DNA of 64,000 nucleotides from Methanobacteriota archaeon (GTDB lineage Archaea; Thermoplasmatota; Poseidoniia; Poseidoniales; Thalassarchaeaceae), in contig PBMR01000019.1 of the NCBI GenBank assembly GCA_002722735.1, positions 4,746 through 68,745 of the forward strand. The letters run 5' to 3'. The notes below the pieces were generated by a model that was not told where the DNA came from, ran no database searches, and saw nothing but the letters and a program-made list of their open reading frames with translations. A program made the position numbers and the translations under genes. Numbering within the stretch: position 1 is the first letter of the stretch; each line of letters starts with the position of its first letter. Positions 8,111-18,460 of the stretch are shown in pieces.

Positions 8111-9697
8111 TCAATCGAACCACTGGTAGCGCCTCTGGCCCTCAAGTTTGCCCTCGCCGCCTATTCCGACCAAGGCGAACTCGCCAGTCGGCTTGACCAC
8201 TGATCGCTTGCGCTTGCCCTTGTGCAGGGCCTCGTAGATTGTCTTGTTGATGGCGTGACGGGTGGACAGCCGCTCGAAGAGATGGAACCTAGAGGCGATC
8301 TCGCGCCACTGGGGCTGAACGATTCCCTCGAAGACCTTGGCCTTGGCACCCGAGCCGTAGCCGCACAGCCCGATTCTGTGGCCCCCCATCTCGGAATTGT
8401 CGAGGTAGTCAGACTCCATGGACGACATCAACGCGAGGAAAATGGAGCCAGTGTACTGGTTTCCAATAAGGCTGGAAGCACGCTGAGTCTTCTCAATCCG
8501 ATCCTCCGCAAAAGAGCGGAACTCCTCGGTTTTGGAAATCAGTCTACGATAAGTGTCGTTCGCTCTCTCAAACTCATCTAGGCCTTTGGGCGTGTCTGGG
8601 AAGTCACCTGGCAGGGGTTCTGGGCCAATCTCTTCGGTGATCTTACCCCAAACAGGCAGATGTCTGCGGTCATGACGAAAGACGTCGGGAAACATCCTCT
8701 TGCCTTGGAAGGCATAAGGGAGGTGAACTATGATCCTGCTCCACTGGTTGGTGAGAATCTCATCGGCCTTCGGATCGTACCTGCCCTCCTCAATGGACTT
8801 TGCACGGAAGTCGATGAAAGCCTGCTTCACGGACTCGGAGTAGCATCGATTCGAGAATTGCCCGTCAAAAATGGGGGTGTCCTTGTGAATCATCAGCTTC
8901 TCGTTTTCGAACAGCACGTCGTTCTTCTTGCTGGAGCGTGGGAGGAACTTCAGTATCTTCTCTGCGAGATTTCCCCTGATGCTCTCCCCTGACTCCCTAG
9001 CGAGGTCGAGGACATTCTCAATCACGGTACGGGTATCGACCTCGCGTCGGGGCTTGAAGAAGTCGTGTACGGGCATGGTGGAAACCCCCCAGATGTCCGG
9101 AATAGAGAGCAGTCTGGGGTTGTGGCGAATCAGAATCGCTCCCCCGCCGGCCCCTTGGGTGTATTCCCCGGATGATCCGAGATCATACTTGGCATTATCA
9201 GCAAAGACGACGATTCCGACCCTATCACGCCCCTCTCCACCACGAGCCGCCCAATCCAGAGTGTTGTGCATAGCATCCACCGCCCCGATGCAAGCGAAAG
9301 TGAGGTCGACGACGTCGCAGTTTCTGAAGCAGTCAATCCCATGAGTAGTCGAGTAACGTTGCTCAAGCATGTCCATGATGTAAGTGGCAGTGGGTTTGGC
9401 CCCGTCAAGCGCGGACTCGGTTCCTAGATATATCCGACCAATTGAGGACGGGTCCAATCCGTTCCTGTCAATTAGGCGAGTAACGGCATTGGCCCCCATC
9501 GTGGCAGTATCCTCATGGACATCGGGGATGGCCATCGCCGACAGACCAAGCCCCCTGTTGAGCTTGCCGAAGTCAGCCCCACGGAACTTAGCGAAGTCTT
9601 CCATGTCGAAGTAGAGGCGTGGAAAATGAAGTGCGATGTCGTCGATTCCAACCTCTGACAAAGAACACTCCCTCGATGGTCCGGAATTGGTCCACAT
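8111..9697 (-). CDS. hydroxymethylglutaryl-CoA synthase family protein, long (528 aa) form
   Basis: HMGS-type motifs YLGTESALD (Glu), FACIGAVDAM (Cys), HDFFKP and CGYGSGAKA. Confidence 0.7.
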   Translation of the reverse strand: MWTNSGPSRECSLSEVGIDDIALHFPRLYFDMEDFAKFRGADFGKLNRGLGLSAMAIPDVHEDTATMGANAVTRLIDRNGLDPSSIGRIYLGTESALDGAKPTATYIMDMLEQRYSTTHGIDCFRNCDVVDLTFACIGAVDAMHNTLDWAARGGEGRDRVGIVVFADNAKYDLGSSGEYTQGAGGGAILIRHNPRLLSIPDIWGVSTMPVHDFFKPRREVDTRTVIENVLDLARESGESIRGNLAEKILKFLPRSSKKNDVLFENEKLMIHKDTPIFDGQFSNRCYSESVKQAFIDFRAKSIEEGRYDPKADEILTNQWSRIIVHLPYAFQGKRMFPDVFRHDRRHLPVWGKITEEIGPEPLPGDFPDTPKGLDEFERANDTYRRLISKTEEFRSFAEDRIEKTQRASSLIGNQYTGSIFLALMSSMESDYLDNSEMGGHRIGLCGYGSGAKAKVFEGIVQPQWREIASRFHLFERLSTRHAINKTIYEALHKGKRKRSVVKPTGEFALVGIGGEGKLEGQRRYQWFD

Positions 9698-9746
9698 TAT
9701 GAGTGCTATCCCTGCATAGGAACACTAAGTGAGAATTGAAAACTCA

Positions 9747-10865
9747 TCACTGGGAGCCGGTGATTTGTGCCAATGCGGACTGCAGGTCGCTATTGGACTG
9801 GAAATGATCGGAGATTGGCGAGAGAACCTCGATCAGGCCATCGGTAATCGCCATCTTGGCGTCAAACGGATGGACTTCACCCTTACTCACGGCTTCCACG
9901 AAGGAGTCCAAATCATCCCACTTGGAAGGCGTCCCGTACTCCGGTTTGGGGTTGACTCTGATCTCGCCTGTTCGAGGCAGGACCACATGCTTGGCTACTT
10001 CGAACACAGGGGAGGCTGGGTTGCCGACCTCGAGGAATGCCTTCTTCATCTTTCGGCGTAGTGAATCAGCATCGTCATGCAGTAGAATTGCATTGCTGGG
10101 ATCCGATTTCGACATCTTGTGGTCGAACGAGTCCATCCGGCCCCCAGAACCCCTGAGTCCGGATAGCATGGGAGTGTGTATGCATGTGGCCTTAATCCAT
10201 CCATTCCGGTCGGCGACCTCTCTCATGAACATGTGCGCCTTGCGTTGGTCCATACCCCCGAACGCGATATCGACCCCGAGCTCGAAGATGTCGGCGGACT
10301 GCAAGGCCGGGTAGTAGAAGGCTGCAAGGTCGTGGTCGGACGAGTCTTCATCCCTCCCCATGATGCTGAAAGTCCTGCGCACCCTAGAAAGGCTCATGTT
10401 CTTCGAACAACGGAGCACTCGTTCCCAATACTTTCCCGAATCCATAACCTCAGAGGCGCTGAGGAACCGGAGTTGCCCTGGGCCCTCACCCTCCTCCGGC
10501 CAATCGAGCAGGACGCGGAACACTTCCGTCATGTAATCGCCAGCCAATGAGATCTTGTCCATGTCCCGGTTGAACTTGTCATTGACCCAAGCATGCCAGT
10601 CTGCTAGCAGGATGATGACGTTGACGCCCTCATTGAGCATGTTGCGTATGGTGTCCGCGAGGATGACCCACCCCAGGTGAGCTATGCCACTAGGCTCGAG
10701 CCCGATGTAGGCCACGAGTTGATCGTCCCCAGAGTGGCTAGGACCGCCTGCGAGCACCGAGATGGTGTGTTCGGCACCAACCACTTCGTCGCAACCACTG
10801 AACATGCGTTCCAATCGAGGATGCGATTCCTCGCCTTGCATTGAGGGGGAGTCGTCCTCTGACAT
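9747..10865 (-). CDS. tyrS: tyrosine--tRNA ligase (archaeal type)
   Basis: YIGLEPSGIAHLGW (HIGH region), IILLADWHA, FGGMDQRKAHM and KMSKS. It aligns by eye along its length with archaeal TyrRS. It has a ~45 aa acidic N-terminal extension. Confidence 0.9.
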   Translation of the reverse strand: MSEDDSPSMQGEESHPRLERMFSGCDEVVGAEHTISVLAGGPSHSGDDQLVAYIGLEPSGIAHLGWVILADTIRNMLNEGVNVIILLADWHAWVNDKFNRDMDKISLAGDYMTEVFRVLLDWPEEGEGPGQLRFLSASEVMDSGKYWERVLRCSKNMSLSRVRRTFSIMGRDEDSSDHDLAAFYYPALQSADIFELGVDIAFGGMDQRKAHMFMREVADRNGWIKATCIHTPMLSGLRGSGGRMDSFDHKMSKSDPSNAILLHDDADSLRRKMKKAFLEVGNPASPVFEVAKHVVLPRTGEIRVNPKPEYGTPSKWDDLDSFVEAVSKGEVHPFDAKMAITDGLIEVLSPISDHFQSNSDLQSALAQITGSQ

Positions 10866-10874
10866 CGTCCACCT

Positions 10875-11387
10875 CTAGTCGAACATCTTGTTCAGTTTCC
10901 CAGCGCGGCCTGCAGCCTTGGTGTTGTCGTTTGAGTCGAGCAAAGCCTCGATCTCATTAATGAGGGCATTTGCCTGGGTAATCTTGTCCGCGGGAAGTCC
11001 TTCGGCCTTCTCCATGAAGTGCCTAGTCGCAGAAATTGCGGACTTGGCCTTAGTTGCCTTCTTGGCCCATTCTTTGGCCTTGTCTCCACGCTTCTTGGAG
11101 TTGTATCCTGTTGCCCGATCTAGGAAATTGGTCCAACGCTTCCGTGCGTCCATGGCTGCCTGCATGGCATCGAGATCGTCGAAATCCGGCGGAACGTTGG
11201 TTACGTCCACAATTAGGGCCCCGTTCTCAAACCTAGAGTCGATGGCGGTCATGATTCCGTGCGAGGCGCGGAAGGAGTTCTCTCCGGTGTCCTCGACATT
11301 ATCGAAAAATTCGCGGGCCAACTCACTGAGGCCGCCATTCGCAATTACTTCCTTCACCAGCCCCCTGCGTACGTCAAATCTCTCCAT
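10875..11387 (-). CDS. hypothetical protein with a lysine-rich C-terminal helical tail, immediately upstream of tyrS
   Basis: Clean 170 aa ORF with a 9 nt gap to tyrS on the same strand. No motif recognised with confidence. Confidence 0.5.
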   Translation of the reverse strand: MERFDVRRGLVKEVIANGGLSELAREFFDNVEDTGENSFRASHGIMTAIDSRFENGALIVDVTNVPPDFDDLDAMQAAMDARKRWTNFLDRATGYNSKKRGDKAKEWAKKATKAKSAISATRHFMEKAEGLPADKITQANALINEIEALLDSNDNTKAAGRAGKLNKMFD

Positions 11388-11497
11388 TGACCCGTCGCGG
11401 AGCGGACGTCACTTCAATGCTGCCAACCCGCTGCGTCCTTTGGGGCATGTAGAACGGCTAAACGGACGAAGTGGGTCCGAGCGATGTGGCCGGTGGT

Positions 11498-12703
11498 ATG
11501 GGCAATAGGGTGGTCGCCAGCGCCATCGTCCTGCTACTGCTGCCAATCATCTCTGCGGACTCCGTAGTTGAATTGGGGGAAGTGGTGAGGCTGGGGGAAG
11601 TGGATTTGGGGCTCGAGGGTGCCGCAGTCTCTCCGGACAGCGAGATAGTCATCGCGCATGGCGCGGATTCGTCTATCTTTCTGATCCAGGCGTCACAGCC
11701 CCAAACACATTCGAAATTGGACTGGGGGGGCGTCGAGATGCTGCTAGATGCGGACTTCCACCCGGGAGGGCAGACCGCTTTCATAGTGGGGGAAGAGGGA
11801 GTCGTCCTGAGGTTCACGAGGGAGGGTGGCACTGTTGACAGTGCTGGCGGGGAGTCGTTCTTCGGGAGGACGGAGTTGAGGTCAGTATCATGGAACGCGG
11901 ATGGGTCTTGGGCTTACATCGGGGGAGAAATGGGGTGGATATGGAGGGTTCGTGGTCTGGAAGGAGGTGGCATGGAGGTGCATCCGATAGAAGGAAGGGG
12001 GACTAGTGATGTCAATGCAATTGCCTGCTTAGCGGGCATCAACATATGCATCGTCTCGACTAGCGTCGATGGAATCGGGGTCATAGACGCGAATCACGAA
12101 CTCCATTGGATTGGGGGGACAGGGTATCCGTGGATCGATGCGGTATGCCCTAGCAGGGGGGAGAATGCATGCGTCTCGATCTCGAACGAGAGGAACATCG
12201 CTATCATCGATCTCGAAATTGAAGATGCTTCGTCATCCGAAGTCACCATCGTGCAACTCCAGAATGTCAATGGCCAGTTCGGCGGAGTTTCTGAACAGTC
12301 AGACGGGACAACCATCGTCTCCGTTGTTCCGTTCGCAATGATTGAGCACGATTTGTCCCTGCGGCTTTCCTTTCCTTGGTTGGAGAATAGCGATGCAGTC
12401 AGTTTCGATTCGGCAATCTCTGGTGAGCGCCTAGTCGCTACATGGTCGGCGGACGTGCATTCTGGATGGGTTATCACGAGCTCAGGTACCATCGTGGCAT
12501 TCAACCCCATCTCGGACGAACGGGCGGGCGGAATATTGGGAATCTGGATCGGAGTGGTAATCCTTGGAGGTGCTATCTTGATGGCCCTTAGCCTGATAGT
12601 GAGTTCATCCCCCCTGCTCAGAGAGTGGTTGACTCTCAGAATAGGCAGCGACGAAGAGCGCAAAGATGTGCTCCGAGAGCAACGACGTAGAGGCAGAAGA
12701 TGA
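11498..12703 (+). CDS. secreted beta-propeller-like repeat protein with a C-terminal TM anchor
   Basis: Signal-like N-terminus MGNRVVASAIVLLLLPIISA and repeated W/G-containing strands (GWIWRV, LHWIGG). C-terminal TM GILGIWIGVVILGGAILMALSLIV plus a basic tail. The track start at 11471 (GTG) is an alternative. Confidence 0.55.
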   Translation: MGNRVVASAIVLLLLPIISADSVVELGEVVRLGEVDLGLEGAAVSPDSEIVIAHGADSSIFLIQASQPQTHSKLDWGGVEMLLDADFHPGGQTAFIVGEEGVVLRFTREGGTVDSAGGESFFGRTELRSVSWNADGSWAYIGGEMGWIWRVRGLEGGGMEVHPIEGRGTSDVNAIACLAGINICIVSTSVDGIGVIDANHELHWIGGTGYPWIDAVCPSRGENACVSISNERNIAIIDLEIEDASSSEVTIVQLQNVNGQFGGVSEQSDGTTIVSVVPFAMIEHDLSLRLSFPWLENSDAVSFDSAISGERLVATWSADVHSGWVITSSGTIVAFNPISDERAGGILGIWIGVVILGGAILMALSLIVSSSPLLREWLTLRIGSDEERKDVLREQRRRGRR

Positions 12704-12709
12704 GCCATC

Positions 12710-13927
12710 GTGCATAGTTTGATGAGGGCGCCACCATCGGAAAGGGCGAGAAGGATGACGTTCGAGGCCTTGGATTTCTACGATATCGATTCGTTGCTGA
12801 CGGATGAGGAGCGAATGGTCCGGGACATGGTCCGCGACTGGGTAGACGAGCAGGTTTTACCCGATATTGAGAATGCCTGTAGAGAGGGGATATTCCCCAA
12901 TGAGTGGCGGGTCGACCTAGGTGAGATGGGGGTTCTCGGCGCCCCGCTCAAAGGCTATGAATGCCCCGGGCTGTCCTATGTCGCGTATGGCCTGATCTGT
13001 CGGGAGCTTGAGCGAGGTGACAGCGGTGTGCGCTCATTCGCTAGCGTTCAGGGCTCGCTGGCTATGTACCCAATCTGGGACTTCGGCAGCGAGGAGCAAA
13101 AGAGCCACTACCTGCCTAAGATGACGACCGGGGAGTGGATTGGATGCTTCGGACTTACCGAGCCGGACTACGGCTCCAACCCAGGTGACATGATCACCCG
13201 CGCCGAAGACAATGGCGACCACTATCTGCTCAACGGGGCCAAGATGTGGATTACCAACGGCACCATCGCTAATCTGGCCGTCGTATGGGCCAAGCTCGAC
13301 GGTGTGATTCGCGGCTTTATCGTCGAGAAGGGGGACCCTGGCTTCACGACTCCCGAGATGACTGGAAAGCACTCCCTCAAGGCCAGCGTCACCAGTGAGT
13401 TGGTATTTCAGGACTGTGAGATTCCCAAAGACAGGATTCTCCCCCATGTAGAAGGGCTCAGGGGGCCATTCAGTTGCCTGAACAACGCACGCTACGGAAT
13501 CTCCTGGGGAGCCATTGGCGCGGCCCAGTCCTGCTTCAGTTCGGCCAAGGAGTACGCCCTCAGCAGAATCCAGTTCAATCAGCCCATCGCTTCATTCCAA
13601 CTAGTTCAGAACAAGCTGGCATGGATGCTACGGGAAATTACCAAGGGGCAGTTGCTCGCATACCACCTTGGCAGGAAGAAGGATGACGGTACATGGTTCC
13701 CTGAGCAGATCTCGCTAGCCAAGATGAACAATGTCGACATTGCGCTTGAGATCGCTCGCATGGCGCGTGACATCCACGGCGCCAACGGAATCCTTGACGA
13801 GTACCCCGTGATGCGCCACATGGCCAATCTCGAGTCGGTCAAGACCTACGAGGGAACCCATGATATCCACAACTTGATTCTAGGACGCCACATCACTGGA
13901 ATTCAAGCCTTCACCCGCGAACCCTGA
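12710..13927 (+). CDS. glutaryl-CoA dehydrogenase-like acyl-CoA dehydrogenase
   Basis: Motifs GCFGLTEPDYGSNPG, MWITNG and YEGTHDIH. A more likely start is ATG 12755 (MTFEALDFY...). Confidence 0.85.
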   Translation: MHSLMRAPPSERARRMTFEALDFYDIDSLLTDEERMVRDMVRDWVDEQVLPDIENACREGIFPNEWRVDLGEMGVLGAPLKGYECPGLSYVAYGLICRELERGDSGVRSFASVQGSLAMYPIWDFGSEEQKSHYLPKMTTGEWIGCFGLTEPDYGSNPGDMITRAEDNGDHYLLNGAKMWITNGTIANLAVVWAKLDGVIRGFIVEKGDPGFTTPEMTGKHSLKASVTSELVFQDCEIPKDRILPHVEGLRGPFSCLNNARYGISWGAIGAAQSCFSSAKEYALSRIQFNQPIASFQLVQNKLAWMLREITKGQLLAYHLGRKKDDGTWFPEQISLAKMNNVDIALEIARMARDIHGANGILDEYPVMRHMANLESVKTYEGTHDIHNLILGRHITGIQAFTREP

Positions 13928-13986
13928 ACTCGGGCATGTGATTCCTCACTGCGAATCTTGATAGAGGGAAATCATTTCGATGTTCT

Positions 13987-14742
13987 GTGACGATTGCCGT
14001 CCTCCTGAAGCAGGTCCCCGACACCACCGCCAAAATCTCCGTCTCTGGAGGCAGGGTGGACGAGTCCGCCGTCAGCAAGTGGTCCATGAGCCCTTATGAC
14101 GAGTACGCACTAGAAGCCGCGCTCCAGTTGAAGGAGGCTGGTGAGGGAGATGTCGTCGCGATAACATGCGGTCCGGCTAGGGCCGCGAAAATGCTCACGG
14201 ATGCAGCCGCAGTGGGTGCTGACACCCTAATTCTAATTCCGGATGACGGGGTGACTGATAGCACGCACGTTCAGTCACTACTCGCAGCCGCGGTCAAGAG
14301 ATCCGGGTCGGATGTGGTGCTCTGTGGGAAGCAGGCCGCCGACACCAATGGGGGATCGACCGGCCCCGGAGTATCTCATCTGGTTGGTGCTGCCTGCGTG
14401 GGAATGGTTTCGGAGGTCTCTGCAGGGGGGGATGGATTCATCGCCCTGCGAGCCAGCCCGACCGGTAACGAACGAGTCGAGGTCCCTCGGCCCTGCCTCT
14501 TCGCATTCGACAAGGGGACTACGGAACTGCGCCGGCCAAATGTTCGAGGGATTATGATGGCCAAGAAGAAGCAGATTGAAACCGTAACATCAGATGACCT
14601 AGGCGTTACAATTGGGGCTTCCTCAGTCTCACTGCAGTCTCACTCCCCCCCTCCTGTGAAGCCGCCTGGGCAGAAGTTCGAAGGTTCCGATTCTGTGCCC
14701 GCAGTAGTAGCAAAGCTTCGTGATGAGGCAAATGTCATTTGA
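13987..14742 (+). CDS. etfB: electron transfer flavoprotein beta subunit
   Basis: IAVLLKQVPDT and SMSPYDEYALEAAL, in the typical EtfB length and order before etfA. Confidence 0.9.
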   Translation: MTIAVLLKQVPDTTAKISVSGGRVDESAVSKWSMSPYDEYALEAALQLKEAGEGDVVAITCGPARAAKMLTDAAAVGADTLILIPDDGVTDSTHVQSLLAAAVKRSGSDVVLCGKQAADTNGGSTGPGVSHLVGAACVGMVSEVSAGGDGFIALRASPTGNERVEVPRPCLFAFDKGTTELRRPNVRGIMMAKKKQIETVTSDDLGVTIGASSVSLQSHSPPPVKPPGQKFEGSDSVPAVVAKLRDEANVI

Positions 14743-14751
14743 GGTGCTAGA

Positions 14752-15681
14752 ATGGACGTGACAATCATTGCAGAAACCACCGCAGATGACCTTCACCCGG
14801 TGACATCGCAACTTGTCGGCGCTGCGATTACCATCGGTGGAACTCCGACCGTACTGTGTCCGGGAGGAATCGGTGCGGCTGCCGCTGCTTCCATCAGCGG
14901 TGTTGCCAAAGTAATAGGCGTTGAAGGGGACTGCTTCGAGACCTTCGACAGCGGTGCTTGGGCAGCTGCCCTCAACCCACTCGTCTCCGACGGAGTCGTC
15001 CTAGCCGCCTCGGCACCATCCGGAAGGGAAGTCGCAGCGCAGATCGCAGCAATGCGCGGAATTCCCATCATTCAGGATGCGACCGGATTAGAAGGCGGAA
15101 TCACCGTCACCAGGGGCATCTACTCCGGCAAGGCCGTCGAGACGGTTAGCGTCTCTGCTCCCTGTGCTCTGACCCTGAGGCCGAATGCCTTCGATGCGGC
15201 AGCGGATGGTGGTAATGCGGATGTCTCGACAGTCAGTCAATCCTCCGACGTAGGCGTCGCTGTACGGGAGGCCATCGCCAAGGTCAGCGAAAGGCTCGAT
15301 GTCTCGGAAGCAGACATCATCATCTCTGGCGGGAGGGGGATGGGTGATCCGGCAAACTTCACCCACCTCTACGAAGTCGCGGATTTCATCGGCGCCGCTG
15401 TCGGGGCCAGTAGGGCGGCAGTGGACACTTGGGGCGAGATTCCCCACAACATGCAGGTCGGACAAACTGGGAAGACGGTAAATCCCAACCTGTACATAGC
15501 CGTCGGCATCAGCGGCGCAATCCAACACCTAGCAGGAATGCGCTCCAGCAAGTTCATCGTTGCAATCAACAAGGATCCCGATGCCCCTATTTTCGGAGTT
15601 GCCGACTACGGGATCGTCTCAACCTGGGAGGCGGCGCTGCCCGTCTTGAAATCGGAGCTCTCAAGCCTTCTCTCAAACTGA
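14752..15681 (+). CDS. etfA: electron transfer flavoprotein alpha subunit
   Basis: C-terminal FAD-binding motifs ([51 protein letters not shown]). Confidence 0.9.
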   Translation: MDVTIIAETTADDLHPVTSQLVGAAITIGGTPTVLCPGGIGAAAAASISGVAKVIGVEGDCFETFDSGAWAAALNPLVSDGVVLAASAPSGREVAAQIAAMRGIPIIQDATGLEGGITVTRGIYSGKAVETVSVSAPCALTLRPNAFDAAADGGNADVSTVSQSSDVGVAVREAIAKVSERLDVSEADIIISGGRGMGDPANFTHLYEVADFIGAAVGASRAAVDTWGEIPHNMQVGQTGKTVNPNLYIAVGISGAIQHLAGMRSSKFIVAINKDPDAPIFGVADYGIVSTWEAALPVLKSELSSLLSN

Positions 15682-17175
15682 GGCCTTGCCCTTGGATGAG
15701 TCGCCCCTTATTCCCTCAATCATGAGGAGATAGTCCTCAGTAATTCCTCCAGTGACGTAGATCCCATCGAAGCAGGAGCAGTCGAAGTTGGCGAGATTGG
15801 TCTCATCGACACCGAGACAGGCCTCGACTAGATCCCCGAGATCCTGGTAGATCAGCCAGTCAGCACCTATAGCCTCACAGATCCCCCCTGCATCCTTGCC
15901 ATAGGCCACGTACTCGCTCCGAGCAGGCATGTCTATCCCGTACACGTTGGGATGGATGATGGGGGGCGAAGAGGAGGCGAAGAGGACTTTGCTCGCTCCC
16001 GCCTCCCTAGCCATTTGGACTATCCTCCGGGAGGTGTTACCACGAACGATGCTGTCGTCAACAATCAGGACGGTCTTGCCCTCGAACTCCTCGTCGATGG
16101 TGTTGAGTTTCTTCCTGACAGAGTCCTTCCTCAACCTCTGTCCGGGCATGATGAAGGTACGGCCGATGTAGCGATTCTTGACGAAGCCCTCGCGATAAGG
16201 AACACCAAGCTCGCTAGCGAGGCCCAACGCGGCAATCCTTCCGCTATCCGGAACGGGAATCACGGCCTCGATCCCGTGGTCGGGAATGGCCTTGCTAATA
16301 CTCCTCGCGAGAGCCTCACCCATCCTCAAGCGGGCTGCGTGAACAGAGATGCCGTCGATGACCGAGTCCGGTCTAGCGAAGTAGACGTACTCAAATACAC
16401 AAGGAGTGTGCACAGGATTTAGATGGCAGATCTTGGAGTGGAAAGAGCCGTCCAATCTAATTATGACTGCTTCTCCTGGGGCGATATCACGTTCGTGTTC
16501 GAATCCAAGGGCCTTGCACGCCACGCTCTCCGAGGCTATCAGGCGCTCTGTGAATCCTCCAGCGTCGCTCCTCCCCATGAATAGAGGCCTGATGCCGTTC
16601 GGGTCGCGGAACGCAACCAACCCCCAACCTGTCACTAGGCAGACGACGCTATAGCTCCCCTCAGCCCTAAGGTGGGTTCTTTCTACTGCACGGAAGACGT
16701 CTTCTTCAGAAAGTGCTCCCATGCCTCCGGGCCGACCGTTCACCGAACGCTGAACCTCGGCAGCGAAGAGGTTGAGCAGAGCCTCCGAGTCCGAGCTAGT
16801 GTTGATGCGTCGGTGATCGTACTCGAGGAGGCCACTGATGATGTCACCGGTATTGTTCAGATTCCCATTGTGGGCGAGGCTGACACCAAACGGGGTGTTG
16901 GTGTAGAACGGTTGGGCCTCAGCGGCAGAACTGGATCCAGCGGTGGGGTATCTGACGTGGCCAATCCCCATCGAACCGATTAGCTTCCCCATGTGCTTGC
17001 CCCTGAACACATCTCGGACCAGTCCGTTGGCTCTGCGGTGGCAGATGTTGTCTGAGTCGCTGGTCACGATGCCGGCTGCGTCCTGCCCCCTGTGCTGGAG
17101 AACTAGCAGGGCATCGTACAGAGAAGAGGCCACCTGGGAGTTCGGGTTCCCAACGATCCCGATGATGCCGCACAT
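15673..17175 (-). CDS. purF: amidophosphoribosyltransferase
   Basis: Ntn Cys in MCGIIGIVG, RGQDAAGI and the PRTase motif VLIVDDSIVRGNT. Confidence 0.95.
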   Translation of the reverse strand: MCGIIGIVGNPNSQVASSLYDALLVLQHRGQDAAGIVTSDSDNICHRRANGLVRDVFRGKHMGKLIGSMGIGHVRYPTAGSSSAAEAQPFYTNTPFGVSLAHNGNLNNTGDIISGLLEYDHRRINTSSDSEALLNLFAAEVQRSVNGRPGGMGALSEEDVFRAVERTHLRAEGSYSVVCLVTGWGLVAFRDPNGIRPLFMGRSDAGGFTERLIASESVACKALGFEHERDIAPGEAVIIRLDGSFHSKICHLNPVHTPCVFEYVYFARPDSVIDGISVHAARLRMGEALARSISKAIPDHGIEAVIPVPDSGRIAALGLASELGVPYREGFVKNRYIGRTFIMPGQRLRKDSVRKKLNTIDEEFEGKTVLIVDDSIVRGNTSRRIVQMAREAGASKVLFASSSPPIIHPNVYGIDMPARSEYVAYGKDAGGICEAIGADWLIYQDLGDLVEACLGVDETNLANFDCSCFDGIYVTGGITEDYLLMIEGIRGDSSKGKASV

Positions 17176-17228
17176 CGGATACCACTGGGCCCTCTGCCAT
17201 TAGGGACTTAGCAGTTTCCGGGGTGGCA

Positions 17229-17414
17229 TCACTTCTTTTGCCACATGGATCTGTTACGCTTGCTCCATCGGAACTTTCTGAGACGAGAGGTACTTCCGTA
17301 GCCGCAGTGTGCGCACTGGCCCTTCTGCTTGTGATACGAGTGTCGCCCGCACCTTCTGCAGCGAATGTGTGTGGACTTCTGCCTCTTGCCCATGCTCGGC
17401 GTGCCCTTTGACAT
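17229..17414 (-). CDS. rpl37e: 50S ribosomal protein L37e
   Basis: [40 protein letters not shown] is the classic L37e zinc ribbon. Confidence 0.95.
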   Translation of the reverse strand: MSKGTPSMGKRQKSTHIRCRRCGRHSYHKQKGQCAHCGYGSTSRLRKFRWSKRNRSMWQKK

Positions 17415-17482
17415 CGTCAGTCCTCCTAGGAACGAGCGCGGCCACCGGCCGACTTGTTAAGAGGGTTATCCATTGAAATGGC

Positions 17483-17845
17483 TCACTCGTCAGAGGCCAG
17501 GGGGCCAAGGAGGGCCAGAAGCGGGTCCTCAGGACGCTTTCTCAGGCTAATTCTGGCGAGTTGGTATGTAACGAAGGCGAAGGCCAGAGGCAGCAACGAG
17601 AATACGCTCACCACCGCATCTGAAAGAGCGCCCCTCGCAGCAGATATTGTCGAGCCATCGAAGAATGCTGTAGCGATGGAAAGCCCGACAAGGAAGGATG
17701 CCAGGCATCCGATCATAGGTGCCGCTGGTCGGTGATAGGGATTCAAAGAGGCGGCGAGGTGGATGGCGAAGAAAGACGAGGAGAGCATCATCCCCCCAGA
17801 GGCGATGGTTAGGGCGGTTGATACCTCAATACTCATCGCCATCAC
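17483..17845 (-). CDS. hypothetical multi-pass membrane protein (possibly the 3' part of a split gene)
   Basis: 120 aa, 3-4 hydrophobic segments, GTG-ATG start. It overlaps the upstream ORF by 20 nt at a G6 run. Confidence 0.45.
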   Translation of the reverse strand: MMAMSIEVSTALTIASGGMMLSSSFFAIHLAASLNPYHRPAAPMIGCLASFLVGLSIATAFFDGSTISAARGALSDAVVSVFSLLPLAFAFVTYQLARISLRKRPEDPLLALLGPLASDE

Positions 17846-18410
17846 CCCCCAAACGCCTGGTCAGGATGGTACGAACCAACCTTCCTTCATCGACCGTCAA
17901 GGGGCTCGACTCCTCGCTCGCCCCCGAAAACCCCTCGGCGAGCCTCACCCCAAAGGCGAAGGCGATGACCCCCAACAATAGACCCGGTAGCACCGAGATA
18001 TCGGACAGGAGCCTGGAAGCCACAGCAGAATCGGAGTCTAGCAAAATCATAATCCATGCCAAGGAAACAGCGGCCCACCCAAGTAACATCGGGATGGATT
18101 TGGCCGACCAGTAGGTCGGTGCGCCCCTGAGGACCAGCAGCGTGCCAGCAGTAGCAGCAGCGATCCATGGGAGAGAGGAGAGGAGGGTGTCGTGCATTGC
18201 CTTCTCGGGCCCGGTTAGCCCATCGGGCAGGAGGACGAACGCGGCAAACCCAAGGAGGGCTATCGGAGGTCCGAAGCGACTCCTCTCGAAAGCGGGGCCC
18301 ATTCTATGCAGGCAGATCCCAAGCAATGTGATGAGGAGGCTTCCCCATACTTGTAGCAGATGGACGTCCATCATCGATGGGTGGGGGTTCGGATTCATGT
18401 CGTTTTTCAT
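17826..18410 (-). CDS. hypothetical multi-pass membrane protein (possibly the 5' part of a split gene)
   Basis: Hydrophobic ORF. The track start at 18488 would leave only 17 nt to the divergent rpl44e, so ATG 18410 (MKNDMNPNP...) is preferred. Confidence 0.45.
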   Translation of the reverse strand: MKNDMNPNPHPSMMDVHLLQVWGSLLITLLGICLHRMGPAFERSRFGPPIALLGFAAFVLLPDGLTGPEKAMHDTLLSSLPWIAAATAGTLLVLRGAPTYWSAKSIPMLLGWAAVSLAWIMILLDSDSAVASRLLSDISVLPGLLLGVIAFAFGVRLAEGFSGASEESSPLTVDEGRLVRTILTRRLGGDGDEY

Positions 18411-18452
18411 GGATGCAGGTCTACCGAGAGGTTTAGCAAACGCTTGACATAG

Positions 18453-18460
18453 TTCATATA
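18453..18460 (+). promoter_or_regulatory. candidate TATA-like box for the rpl44e operon
   Basis: TTCATATA lies about 45 nt upstream of the rpl44e ATG in an otherwise GC-rich spacer. Position-based guess only. Confidence 0.25.

Noticed and set aside
17415-17482. Expected Sm-like (LSm) gene upstream of rpl37e
   Set aside because: The Sm-L37e pairing common in archaea is not present here. The upstream same-strand ORFs are hydrophobic membrane proteins and no Sm motif is seen in any frame. This is recorded only as an absence.
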